Assembly (NCBI GenBank): GCA_000708835.1
Contig: DF237070.1
Location: 62,001 to 126,000, forward strand
Length of the DNA: 64,000 nucleotides
Reading direction: 5' to 3'
DNA from: Klebsormidium nitens
Lineage: Eukaryota; Plantae; Klebsormidiophyceae
Notes under the pieces: generated by a model
Database searches by the model: none
Told to the model about the DNA's origin: nothing
Seen by the model: only the letters and a program-made list of their open reading frames with translations
In this document: positions 35,877 to 48,006 of the stretch, piece by piece
Layout of the letters: each line of letters opens with the position of its first letter
Position numbering within the stretch: position 1 is the first letter of the stretch
Program-made: the position numbers and the translations under genes

Positions 35877-38800
35877 ATGGCTGAAGCAGGTTCATTGGAG
35901 GACCCCACGATGGAGGCGGGGTTGGCCCAAGAAGAAACAGAGCCCCAACAAGTAGGGGAGGCAGAAGATGCTCCCCCCCCACCTCAGGAGGCAATTGAAC
36001 AGCCTGAGGAGGCAATTGAGCACTTTGAGGATGCAACTGAGCAGCCAGCAGAGGCAAGGGAGGAGCCAAAATACCGAGAGATGGGTACAATGACTTCTGA
36101 TTTTGAGGAGTTGGCGGGGATGGTGTTTGTGCCAGCCCCCAAGCCTGACGCTCAGGAGAACGGAGGCGAGGAAACCATGCTGGCAGAAGAAGAGACTGAG
36201 CCTGAGCAGAAAGACGAGGAGCCAGTCAGGAAGGTGTCGTTGTATGTGGAGGCGGTTCCGCCTGCGGCTGAGCTCGAGGGAGGGCGGCAACTAGCGGTAG
36301 CGGAAAATGGAGCACCAGTGGAGGGGACTGAGGAGGTAGCTGCTGCGGATGAGCAGGCAGAGGGGCGGGAAGTGCTCGCGGGGAGCTCTGCTGACGCCAA
36401 GAAGAGAAGGGGCCTGCGGTGTGAGGTCTGCAAGGTGGGTAATATGCATAATCAATGGACTCTGCACAGTGGGACATGTTCGTACAGCATCTGAAGCTCC
36501 TGATTTGAAATTCATCGTTTTTGGGTGCATTTCGGCAGCTCCAGTGGACGAGGTGGATTAAAATAAGGCTTTGGAGGATCTATAAAGATGGGGTAAAACG
36601 TATCTGGGGTACCCTGGGTAAAGGCCCTTGGTCATCTGTTTTGCTCTTCCTCTCCAACTTATCTTTGGGTCCCTTATGCTGACGCTGGGGTGGAACTGTA
36701 TCGCTGCTCTTGATTGCATAGATTCCTTTATGCAGAGCGTCTAAGCATTTAACTGGTTGAAGTAGAACCTTCTTGGAAATGGCAAAATGGAGCCCTAACT
36801 CAATGTGAAACCCTAAAGGCCGCAAAATGTCAAAACGTTTTTAATTATTGCACGCCACTCTTAAGGTTGCGGCAAGTGATCATTGGGATGTGAATTTCAG
36901 CTGAACAAGCGGACTGGAGAGTCTGCTACAATCAGTGCATAGGATGGTGTGCCTCCAGTATGTGCTCAAGATCTGGTTCATCAAAAGAATGTGGTTAAGG
37001 AGCTTGAAAACTGCTGGGGAGTCAGCCTAGGCTGAGAAAGCCAACAAGGCATCCCTTTTTTTCCACTCAGTTACTCAGCAGATACGACGTCCTTGCTAAA
37101 TGCTCAATCAAGGATGATATGTCTCCGCATGTTGACCCTTGATCCATCGTCTACCCTCGTCTCTGCTTGGATCAGCCAAGCCAGGCACTTCAGCTGGGTT
37201 TACATACTTGCTAATGTCAGTCAGCACATGCCTGTCTCTTTGGACTTGCATCAAAAGAGCTCAATAGAGAGACAACCTCCAAGTACCTGTCTGATTGCAT
37301 CTATTATTCAGCCCCCCACGTCACTTTGCGGGGAGTTCAAAATCGAACATTAGGGTTTCTTTTACCCGCACATCAGTTTTATTCAACATGGTCCTTCCCT
37401 CCTAAGGGCATGGTGCAAAGATACACGAGTACAAACAGTCCACTCGTTCCCTCTTCCTTTGTGTATGGGCATCACGTGCGTAGGATGAACTTAAACCGGG
37501 CCTTCGCTTTTGACTTTGAGGGGCACACGAGACACCTGTAGTGTTTTGAAATCACCTTTCCCCGCTTGGAACCGCGGAAATGCCGGCTTTGGTTCCATCA
37601 TGGCGCTTTATGGCCCCCAGTTCTCCCCACTGATCTTAGCCCCCCTCTCCTTTGCAGACGGGAAAAAGGCAGGCTTTGGGGCGTTTGCGCTTTGCAGGCA
37701 ATCGCGCCTCCTTCTGATAGAACCTTCCACGCTTCCGCTTCCCCTTACGTTCACACTAGTTAGTAGCGACCCCCTCTGTTGCAGAGGGTCAGGAGACTGG
37801 CTGCGGCACCAGCAAGGCACACACTTGGTGCATTCCCAACCCCCTTCCTCACACGTTGTCTTTTTCATCAGGATGCGCTGTCTGCGCCCTCTAATCCACT
37901 GACTCTTTCCCCCCCGCTGTCTTTCCAGGAAGTGAGAAAGGTGCTCTCCCCCCCTTTCTTTCCACTAGATTTCGCCCTCATGCCTTTATTGGAGGTGAAA
38001 AAGGCGAGCTGCGGCACTTACAACGAGCACCCGTCATAATCCACTCACTTCTGTATCGACACTTTGCATTGTTGTTACAAAGTGCTCTTACTCCCCTCCT
38101 TTTTACCAACTTTTACCCCGCCCTTTTCCTTTCCAGAGGGTGAAAAAGGCGGGCTGCGGCACCGACAGCGCGCACCCGCGCTGCGAGCGGCGTCCGAACG
38201 GCGACATGCCGGCGGTGGCGCAACTCACTGTGGAGCACGTGATGAAGCTCAGCGCCACCGACGAGGACGAGCGCGTCTCGCTCTGGTGCCCTGCTACCGG
38301 GGCCCGGCTGAGCGGAATGGCGGCGCCGATGTTGAGGAATCTGCCGGCGTGGCTGACGGCGCATCCCGGTTGGGAGCCGGTGGAAAAGCCGCCTGAGGGA
38401 ACACCGTGAGTGTGGGCATCGGGGACCTCGTCTTTGCTTTATTTAAAGAAAAGATCATATCTTCGTCCTTTTGTCTGCATCGCTTAGAAAACGATTGGTG
38501 TTCTTGCAGGGAAGCAGCAATTGAAGTAAGGTATTTTGAAGACGTTAACCTCCGCATGAGAGAAGGATTAATTGCAAGTGTCGATCAACTGCATAGGGCA
38601 TCAATCATTCTGCATCGCCTAACAACCATCAGGATCCGGCTTGCTTAGTGTGTGTACCGGTAGGTTCTTAGAACCTCTTGATAAAGTATCCACGACCTGT
38701 ATCACCTATTGACTTACGCACCTTTTCTTCACACAGAGCGCGGAAAAGGAAACGTGCCCCGGCCGCTGCCCCAGACCATCTCCTGACGGCCACCGAGTCC

Positions 38801-40886
38801 GACGGGTCGGAGCATCCATCTCCTATGGCAAACCCTCCCCAGACACCAAACCCTACGGGGAGCCCCCCCGTGTCTGGCACCCCCAGCCAGGCTAAGCCGT
38901 ATACCCCCTCCAGGTTAGCTATCTTTCTCAACTGAAGGATTCACTTTCTCCAGTCTTGAATCCTTTGCTGGTCTACCAGTTTCTCAGCCTGCCGCGTAGT
39001 GACGTGATATTTTGCTCAACCCCTCCCATCAGCTTCGCCCAGGGGCACTGCAACATAGACCCTTTCTTTATTGCAAAGACCCTCGAGGACTGCACATTCC
39101 TACCACCCCCCCCTCACCTCCTCCTGTCGGGCTGGGGACAGAGATCCCTAAGACGGAGGACGATCCGAGCGGCAGGCGGAGGGACGGCAGGAGCTGACGT
39201 GGCATGCTTTCCATCACGTTCTCTCAGCTTTGCCTCTGTAAGTCACAACTCAAACCCTTCCTATTCTCCCTGTTCTCTCGACACTTGTGCAATCGCTTCT
39301 CCCCCCCCTTTTTAGGCTGGGGACGGAGACCCCCATGACGGAGGAGGAGCGCGAGCGGCAGGCGGAGGCGCGGCGGGTACGCAAGGAGCTCGGCCCGCGC
39401 TGCGAGGTGTGCCAGGTCATCAAGAAGGCCGGGTGCGGGACGGAGGACGCCAACCCGCGCTGCCTGCGGCACCCCCGCAGAGGGGAGCCCGGTCTGCTTG
39501 AGGCCGCGGCGTCGCCCCCGCAGGTGCGGGCTCGCTGGCTGGTTTGTGTTATCAGTGTGACTTCTATACGTGTCGGTCAGTCTCAGGGGAGGGCTCGTTC
39601 TGCAAATGAATTGCAGCGTCCTTTGATTTTGTGAACGCGTTTTCTTAGAAATTTGACTGGATTTTTGGAGACCAGTGCAAGGTGACTATGCTGCGTGAAG
39701 GCTGTAACGAGTGACCGATCTGCGCCTGCCAAATGTTGCTTCATCGGTTAAAGGTGACAATGGGGGAAGTGACGTTCGCACAGCAAGGGGCTTAGAGGAG
39801 GATTGGCTTCAATTTCGTTGTGCCGTTGACCTCACCGCTTATGCAGGGATCGTTCTAAGTTAATCGGTGGGTTTTGCAGCTTTGGTATGTGACTTTAGTT
39901 CTTACCTTCTGAAACGCCGGCGCGCCTTTTTTTTGGGGATTCCCTGGTCCCTTCTAGTCCCGGATTCTTCTCACCCAGATCATTGCCAGTCAGACGATTC
40001 CTGAGGGACATGTCACGGAGGCCAGTAAAAAAAGTCACAGGCAGATGTTTCAACGGAATGCAACTCAGCAGACCCACATCGTTTCTCGAGACAGCCCAAA
40101 CTGTGCTACCTTCATTGAGCGCTAATGCGTTTTACATGTTGCCAGGTGCCTGCGGAGAAGAGGTCCGTCGAGAAGAAGCCGCTGTTCAAGTACGAGGGGG
40201 GTCGCTGCGAGGTCTGCACGACGATCAAGAAGGGCGGGTGCGGGACCGAGAGTGCGCACCGGAGGTGCTTGAAGAACCCGCGGGGGCCGCAGTCGGTGGG
40301 TCGTCCCCGGGTCCCTTCTTGTCCTGGAAATAGTTGTTTCTTCTCAGTGAGGTACATCCTTGTAAAGATTGATCAAGGCTCTAGGTACTTGCGGTGGAAG
40401 ACGGAAGATTTGTAATAACCAAAATCTTTGCATGGCAACATCTTTCGGGCCTCAGTCGGCTTGGATGTCGCTTCCGACGAACGCCTTGCCTTTCTAAGGA
40501 ATGTGCTTCTCCTGAGCGCTTGCTTATCGGACCTGCTGTTTGGTGAGATTGGCCGGGCCAAGTTTGGCGCATCCCTTTCTCAGAGTCCTCGAGCTCATTG
40601 TGTCAAGCTTTGAAACGTGCAGTCAATGAGCCCCCTGAAGGCGCTACCCGGAAACGAGAACGACGACAATCAGGAGAACGAGGGCGAGCAAGGTCCCATG
40701 CTGATAGAGCAGCAACGAGTCACGCTGTGGCACCCGGAAAAGAAGCAGAAGCTCTGCGGAATGGCCGCTCCCATGTTGAAGAACCTCGAAAACTACCTAA
40801 AAATGCATCCAGGCTGGGTGCCAATCCAGAAGATTGATGAAGCCGTAACTGCGTCGCCCGCCGAAGAAGTGATTGAAGCAGAGTAG
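35877..40886 (+). CDS. Uncharacterised putative nuclear protein (541 aa): acidic N-terminus, three C-x2-C-x7-C-x8-C motifs, two BRK domains, basic NLS-like patch
   Basis: Exons 35877-36434, 38137-38405, 38737-38913, 39316-39523, 40146-40295, 40623-40886 are all GT-AG and phase-consistent (1626 nt). Motifs: CEVCK|RVKKAGCGTDSAHPRC, CEVCQVIKKAGCGTEDANPRC, CEVCTTIKKGGCGTESAHRRC; BRK-like ERVSLWCPATGARLSGMAAPMLRNLPAWLTAHPGW and QRVTLWHPEKKQKLCGMAAPMLKNLENYLKMHPGW; RKRKR. Confidence 0.85.
37651..38033 (+). repeat. Four decayed copies of the acceptor/start of exon 2 of the BRK-domain gene
   Basis: tttgcag|acgggaaaaaggcaggctttgg (37651), tgttgcag|agggtcaggagactggctgcggcacc (37777), ctttccag|gaagtgagaaaggtgc (37921), gaggtgaaaaaggcgagctgcggcacttacaacgagcacccg (37992). 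Real: ctttccag|agggtgaaaaaggcgggctgcggcaccgacagcgcgcacccg (38129-38178). Confidence 0.8.
39131..39188 (+). repeat. Decayed copy of the start of exon 4 of the BRK-domain gene
   Basis: tcgg-gctggggacagagatccctaagacggaggacgatccgagcggcaggcggaggg versus the real ttag|gctggggacggagacccccatgacggaggaggagcgcgagcggcaggcggaggc (39316 onward). The acceptor AG reads GG in the copy. Confidence 0.85.
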
Positions 40887-41853
40887 AGGCGGCCTTCTAA
40901 GGCGCCGTCTAGGTGTAGTATTGATATCCCTGCTACTTGGAAGAACACCTTGTTTGAGTAAGTAAAGGTTGTATAATGTATAATCGATAAGACTGATTGA
41001 CACACTCTTGTGAGACTGGATGCCCATGCATCACCAACGACTTCGAGACTCGGGTGTTCTATGTTGCTTAAGCCTGCCCCTAGCAACAAAAGAATATGCG
41101 AACCTCGATGACTATGTTGCGCATGGCGGCCCGGCCAGCCGGCTCCATTTCTCTGGTTGAGCGCAATCTAGGTCGATCATGCATTGTGCAGTTGCAAATT
41201 GGGAGCTGTACGCGCCATACAGTGCACATGTCCATTCTCGGGCACATCTTGGCATCAACATGATATATATAGACGCGATATATATGGTATATGTACGCAG
41301 ATTATAGGCGTATAGGTCATATGACTTGCACATGTCCATCAAACTTTTGTTCTCAAAATATATATACTCGGTACAATTCGTCTGGATCAGACACGCGTGT
41401 GCTGTAACCTAGTATAATGACGTGACGGTTCAATGCACCGCGTGGGGCAGCCATAAACCAGGTTTAGTAATGCACCATGTCATAAGCACAGCCGGTAAGA
41501 CATGATTCAAGCCGTTGTATGCACGGCAATTCCTGACTGTCAGGAGTTGACGTTCAGAGACAGAGACGCATGCACCAGGTAAGGCATGGATTCTAGTATG
41601 CAACTTGTCTGTGCATATGCCTACTCTATCACGTTCAGGTTCGCTGTCACGCTGATCGATCAAAATGAGCTGGGCCTGCTGCGGCGACCAGAAAAGTTAG
41701 GACGATATATACAAACGTCGATATAATTCATGGTGAATCCGGCCCGACTCAGTTCCTGCAAACTCCTGGTTTGCAACTCCTGATTTTGATTTGGATTGCT
41801 GTTAGTTGTATATTTCGTCGTCAATACTCGTCACGAAGAACGACACGGGCTGG

Positions 41854-44475
41854 CTATGCGTTCTCCTCGATACATGGCGGAGAAAAGACCTTGTCGTTCA
41901 CGCCAGCTCTGAAAACCTGCAATGGGGCGTCCACGTGTCCGTTGGACGGGGCCGCTTCAATAGAAGCGGACAACTCGAGGGGCGTCTCTGCCGGCAGGAA
42001 GAACACGTCTCCCTTCTTCACGCCAAAAGCGCGCTGCGCATTGCCTTGGCCCTGAGTGGCGAGCCCGACCCCACTTTGCACGAGGACGATGGAAGGGCCG
42101 GGGATGAACGGGAGCTTGTACGAAGTGCCCTTCGGCACTTCGATGCTGTCGATCTCGAACTCTTCAAATGGCGGGATGTACCTCCGGGTGTGGCTGTCTA
42201 TCGGCTGTCCCTTGAGGATCTCGGGCTTTCCCTGCAGGAGCCAAACGGGAGTTGTTGAATATGAACGAGCTCTCGAGGAACAAAGCCAAACCTTGTGCAT
42301 CAGCTTCGATGAACAGGCTAGTAGGCGAAAATAAGAAGCTCACTTGCTTGCGAACAGGTTCAACCATGCCTCATATTACGGGGGCCACCGGCAGCTTCTT
42401 CACGGTGGAGTGTCACAGAGGCAAGAAGGATCTAGAGGGTATGGAAGTTGTACCGAAGAACACCAGATGTTTCACAAGGCAGGATGATTTGCCGGGTCGC
42501 AGGTAGTCGATGCAGACTCGCACTTACAAGGGCTGTTGTTCGTTTCGAGTGGCTTTGTGCATCCCTTTCAAGCTCACAGTCGGAAGCTGCTACACAAGAA
42601 GCCAGGTCTCAGGCCGAATCTGAAAATAACTCACTTGATTGTACGTGAGCATTGAGCACAGAACGTCAGTGTCTCGGAGCTTTGGTGTCAGCCCGGCACG
42701 CACAACGTTATCTGATGTCGCCATGCACTCAACGCACTCTCCAGACAGGTAGGCGTGAGGCTCGTTTGCAGCAAGGTAGATGCTCTCGCCGGGCGACAAG
42801 GTGATGTAGTTGAGGAAGTATGGGCAGAACACGCCAACATCGCCAGGGTACTGCTCGTTGAGCCGTAGGATGAGCTTCTCAGTGCTGCTGGGGTCTGGGA
42901 TCTGGAGCCAAATAGACCCAGATCAGGATAAAAAAGAGAATAGTCCGCTATAGGGAGGGATACTTGTAGAATGCACACCATCAAAGGGCCAACGCAGCCT
43001 CCTCTTCTTTCAAGGGTATGCCTGTTATGCTTCTACAGCGATACTCCACTGTATAATTGGTGAGAAGATGCTGGGTAGCATGCTTGTATTCTGGTGCCTG
43101 AAGACAGACGCTTCTGTCAGCCTCCTGTTTGTCCCATAAAGAGCTAGCATCAGATAAAAACGGCACAGTTCATATCAAAAGAACTAATGTAAACTCCTTC
43201 AAATGGCATGCCCTGCACGCCAAGGTTTCGTGCTTGATTAGTCTCACCTTGCTCAGTCTTGAAACAAGCTTGGTCAGCGCCGCCTCAACGGCAGGCTTGT
43301 GGCTGGTCATCAGTGCAGTGAAAGCCGCTTTCAGACCTTCTTTTGGATCCTTGGCAGAGAGAAAAGCTTTTACAGCAGCATCTCCAACAACCTCAGCAAG
43401 CTCAGGAACAGCCTCCAGGTTGCTCTTGAGTTCCTGTGAAGGGACAGACAAATCTGCTTAGAAGAGCCTCAAGTCAAATCATATTCGAAACATGTGGCAA
43501 AACACTAGTGCACCCAATGTGCTTAACCTCAGATACTCTATAACAGTTCTTTAGGCCTATACAGAAACCTCGTTGACAATAAAGCAATTCTACTTGCAAG
43601 CAGAAGACTTTTGAAGCTGCTACACGTAGCACCACAGCTTCATAACAGGCAAATGATGAGCTGATAAGGAACGCACTTCTGTTGTAACGAAGCTGCAGAG
43701 CGTCTCAAATTCTGTGAGCGCCAAAGCCATCTCCGGCTTGTGGTTGTCGTCTTTGTAAACATTTGGCCTCTCTGCGTGCAATGCTTCTGCCAGCTTCTTG
43801 TCGGGATGCGCTTGAATGGATAGTGCGGTGTTTACAGACAAGATCTGGAGACAAGAAGGGTGTGACATCAGGAACTCAAATTCACTTATGAAATGCAGGC
43901 AAAGAGCTTCAAGGGCAAGCTACATTTGGCATTGATGAAATCATAACCATCTGGCAGAGGAGCTGGACAGTGAAGGCCCTAATGGATTATGCACCGATCC
44001 ATCTTGCAGCCTCTCAGAATAGACACATTGGAGATGGCTGAGCAGTCAACTGTTGCTGAGCAGATTAAGAATCTAATCATCTATCTAAATTCCAACCCAG
44101 AAGAGTAGATTCTCAGAGTCGGACTACTATAATTGGGAAAGTCCACCTTCACCTCCTGCTTAGGGATTGCTGCTGTACCTTGAAGAGAAAGGGCAACTCG
44201 CCATGCCATTTGGTTTGAGTTGCACTTCCCAGTGCCTGCGGATGCTGATGCAACCAAGAAGAAAGAAGCAGCTTGTTATCTGCAGCACCTGCTTCATCTG
44301 ATGCGAAGGAGACCAAGGATGGTCCACTAGGATGAGTCCCCATCCATAGTTCTGCATACGGCGTAGCTGCAGTCACAATCGCACCCGTCCCGGATGAGTG
44401 CAGCTTAGCGACTTCGCTCTCCTTTCCCAGCCTCCCCCAGGCATAGTTCTGTGCCACACAATGCAACCGCAACAT
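41854..44475 (-). CDS. PMI: Mannose-6-phosphate isomerase (type I PMI), multi-exon
   Basis: [15 protein letters not shown]...[15 protein letters not shown]...LPFLFK|[16 protein letters not shown]...[23 protein letters not shown]|...[16 protein letters not shown]...[37 protein letters not shown]...LCSMLTY|...YIPPFEEF...GPSIVLV. Confidence 0.97.
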
Positions 44476-45098
44476 GTTTGCGTCCTGTCTGTAGGACTGC
44501 TGTTGGTGAGACACCGCCTGCGAAAGGATCCGGGCAGCGTATTGCACAGATCACTGAAGATCGCCCTTTCAGATCACAGCAACAAAGCAGAAGAGCAAAG
44601 AGGAATGTTTTGATTTCAGACAAAAGAATGAACCTTGATCCTTTTCTGATTCATGGTCAACCCTGAAAATTTTGTTCCGTGCTTATTGTCGGCCGAAACT
44701 TACGGAAGTGTAACGCAGACGCTTGTTCTGGCCGCAATGTTACATATCCGGACTTTGAGGCGAGAGAGGGACCCCCCTGGACCTCAGCAGAAGAAGCTCA
44801 ATCGGACTCACGTGCAACTACCTACTTGCAGTGATCCAGCACTCAGGCGTCTAATATTCTCTGGATTTGGTGGCAGCGGCGCTTCAAGAAGCGTCATCTT
44901 TCAGAGGATATATCCAGATATATCGTGCTGGGAAACTGAAGCAGGGCCGGTGGTAGAGAGTGCGCAAGGAATGCCTGTAAAACCTTGAGAAAAGTTTGGG
45001 GCACATCACATAACCAGAGGATAACTTCGACCTGTTTACCCGGTGGTTACTTCTCCGGTGCAGCCTTTTAACCATCCAAGCTACAAGGGAGCTTTGAT

Positions 45099-45106
45099 TA
45101 GGGTTT
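45099..45106. promoter_or_regulatory. Possible telo-box (TAGGGTTT) just upstream of the DPH5 ATG
   Basis: Exact AAACCCTA reverse complement ending 15 nt before ATG 45122. Telo-boxes are known in plant translation-machinery genes, but an 8-mer can occur by chance. Confidence 0.3.
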
Positions 45107-45121
45107 GGGTGGCCAGGCGCA

Positions 45122-48006
45122 ATGCTGTACCTCATTGGCCTCGGTTTGGGGGATGAGAAGGATATCAGCCTGCGCGGTTTGGAGGCAGTCAAACGATGCG
45201 AGAATGTTTACTTGGAAGCATACACATCAATCCTGTTGGTGGAGAAGTCTAAGCTGGTAAGTACGCCAACCGCTGATAACAGTTGTTTGTAGACTGGTGA
45301 GAATGCTGCCAGATCTAATTTGGTTCCTTGCTCAGCCTCGTAGAGGGCGACAAATGCATGACTATATCATTTACGAGACGGCACCAGCACAATCAGAGCA
45401 CCAGCAGGATACACGTGTCCTGAGCAACCTTAGAGCGAGCTTATCACCACAAACTTTCCTGGTGGTGGTGGTGGTGGTCAACTATTTCCTCGGAGTCCCT
45501 TCTACCCTTAAGGATATGCTTGCCAAGCAGCACTTTCGTGGCTTGCAGACCGCCAACTTTCTTGAAAGAAATCTGTGCTTTCAGGGCTTCTGCAATTTTG
45601 GCTAATACGTGCATCATCTTGCTCAAGGCCTGTACTTTCGCTAGTGGCATACTCAAAATTACCCGAGCTGCTTTCATTAACATGACTTTGTGGTGAGTTG
45701 ATCTCAGGAGGCGCTCTATGGCCGGGAGGTGATCGTGGCAGACAGAGAGATGGTGGAGCAGGGAGTGGAGAGCATACTGGAACAAGCCAAGACTATGGAG
45801 GTTGCCTTTCTGGTGGTAGGGGACCCGTTTGGGTGAGCTTTCATGTCCAAAGTACTGACGCGCATAGTAGACAAAGCACCAATGGTTCAGGTTGCACCGA
45901 GATTACAACCCCTGATTTTGTAGTGCTTGTGTAGATCTGGGAGTTTGATCGGAGGGGTACTATAGCGGGTCACTGTCGCTTGCCCAATTGGATGCCTGCC
46001 CGGTCAGACTTTTGAACGTCATCGCGCGGGACAATATCCAGAGTTCTTCCAGCCCGTGGAGCCAACACAGTTGTTTGCAGCAGAATGGCAGCCTGGGGTT
46101 GTGAAGGCGTGCACATACTTGGTTGAATGTGCCCCATGTCTGGTCGTACACTGGCAGCCACATTGTCTGAAGTTGGTGGAGAAGCAACAACGAACAGAAG
46201 GGCGGGCAACTCTGGCTACACTTGATCTGGTTAAAAGAACCCAGGCAGTGAAACCCTGTTTTGCTCCCTTGCTTGCAGGGCCACCACGCACTCCGACCTA
46301 CAGATGAGAGCCAAACAGCTTGGTGTCACAGTCAAGGTCATTCACAACGCATCGATCATGAACGCCATCGGCGCATGTGGTTTGCAACTCTATCGATTTG
46401 GGGAGACGATCTCCATCCCCTTCTTCACAGACACGTGGCGCCCTGACAGCTTCTACGACAAGATAAAGAAGAACCGCGACATGGGGTTGCACACGCTCTG
46501 CCTATTAGGTGAGGCTTTACTCCTTCAAAAATAAGGCCACTCCGACGGTTTCTGGTCAGTCTGGTCAGACTGGGTCACAAGCCTATCCAAGTTGGGTTTG
46601 GCTTCAGGAGGAGCGACGGACGTTGTCCTTCCTTGGGCTTCCCGTTTTGTATCAAAACGTTTCTTGTTGAACCTTGGCTGACGTCAAGAATGTTCTCCTG
46701 ATGTGTCCTCCAATGTCCTCCAACAGAGACCGTGCCACAAAAAAGCAGGAATCTGCCTGACTGTACCTGAGAGAATCGGAGATGCTTTTGTACCAGAAAA
46801 TGTGGCTGGCGTATTACACATGCACGCTGCTCAACAAAGTGCCTGATTTCAATAGTTTGTTAAGGCTACGGCACTCTTGTTGCTCTCCAGCTTGCTTCAT
46901 AGCACACTCTCAACTCTCCGTATCAATCCCTTTGTGTCCGTCAAGCCAGGTGACTCGCTGCAATAGAAGACCAAGAACTCGCCAGCAAACCATATCCGAT
47001 TTTAGACCTGTGACCCTAGACGACCTGGAAGAGACGCCGGGATGGATATTGTTCTCGCTTCGCTGACGTTTTCATCTTGAATTGCCAGATATCCGGGTCA
47101 AGGAACCATGTTTTGAAGCGCTCGCGAGGGGGAAGAAAGTGTACGAGCCGCCGCGCTACATGAGCGTCAACACGGCCGTGGAGCAGCTGCTAGACATCGA
47201 AGACAGGCGAAAAGAGGGAGGTACGCAGACTTCGCCTGTTTCTATTTGGAGTCGCTTTTTCGTCCATGATCGAATGCTCTTCACTTAGGCTTCAATTTGG
47301 GTTACCCTAACCTTGTTTTGCACAGTCTGTGAAGAGGTCCCTGCTCGGAACACGCGTTTGGATTTGAGAGGCCTGGTGAAGGTGCATCTACTGTGAAGGG
47401 CGGAGGATGCGCAAAGCGTGTCGAAGTGTCTATTCGTCCGGCTCTCGGACGCTCCCTTTGTGTCCTCTCCTCACCAAAGCATTCGCACTGGTTAAACAAT
47501 CTGAAGCACTTTGAATGCACGGCTTAAGACTCATGCAGAGGAATTACCTCGAAGCTGCTCTCTGCTAGTCATGTTACGGAAGCCACTCCGATCGGGTGAC
47601 TTATCGAAAAATTCCCATCAGCACAAGTACCGCTTTCTGACTCTGCTGTGATTCTTCCTCCTTCCTCCCCGGATTCATTCCAACGAACTGGCGGTATGCC
47701 TGATTCTTTGTGAGTCCTGGCAACGCTCTGAATATTTTCTGACTGCTTCATCCCTTGTTTGCAGTCTATGGTCGGGAGACCACCGCTGTCGGAGTGGCGA
47801 GAATAGGAACCGATTCGCAATGCATTATCTCCGGCACTTTAGAAGAGCTCTTAACCGTCGATTACGGCCCTCCCTTGCATTCGCTCGTTGTCCCGGGAGA
47901 GTTGCACGTAATGGAACAGGAGCTGCTGGCGACCTTCGCTTGCAATGAAAGCACTCCGCGGATACAAAAGGACTTGATAATCGACGAGGAGGACGAAGAG
48001 CCATAA
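45122..48006 (+). CDS. DPH5: Diphthine methyl ester synthase, 5 exons
   Basis: [38 protein letters not shown]|...VADREMVE...[10 protein letters not shown]|GATTHSDL...[31 protein letters not shown]...SFYDKI...GLHTLCLLD|IRVKE...[17 protein letters not shown]|...GVARIG...[10 protein letters not shown]. Confidence 0.97.

Noticed and set aside
45460-45478. (GTG)n microsatellite in DPH5 intron 1
   Set aside because: An ordinary short simple repeat with no further structure.
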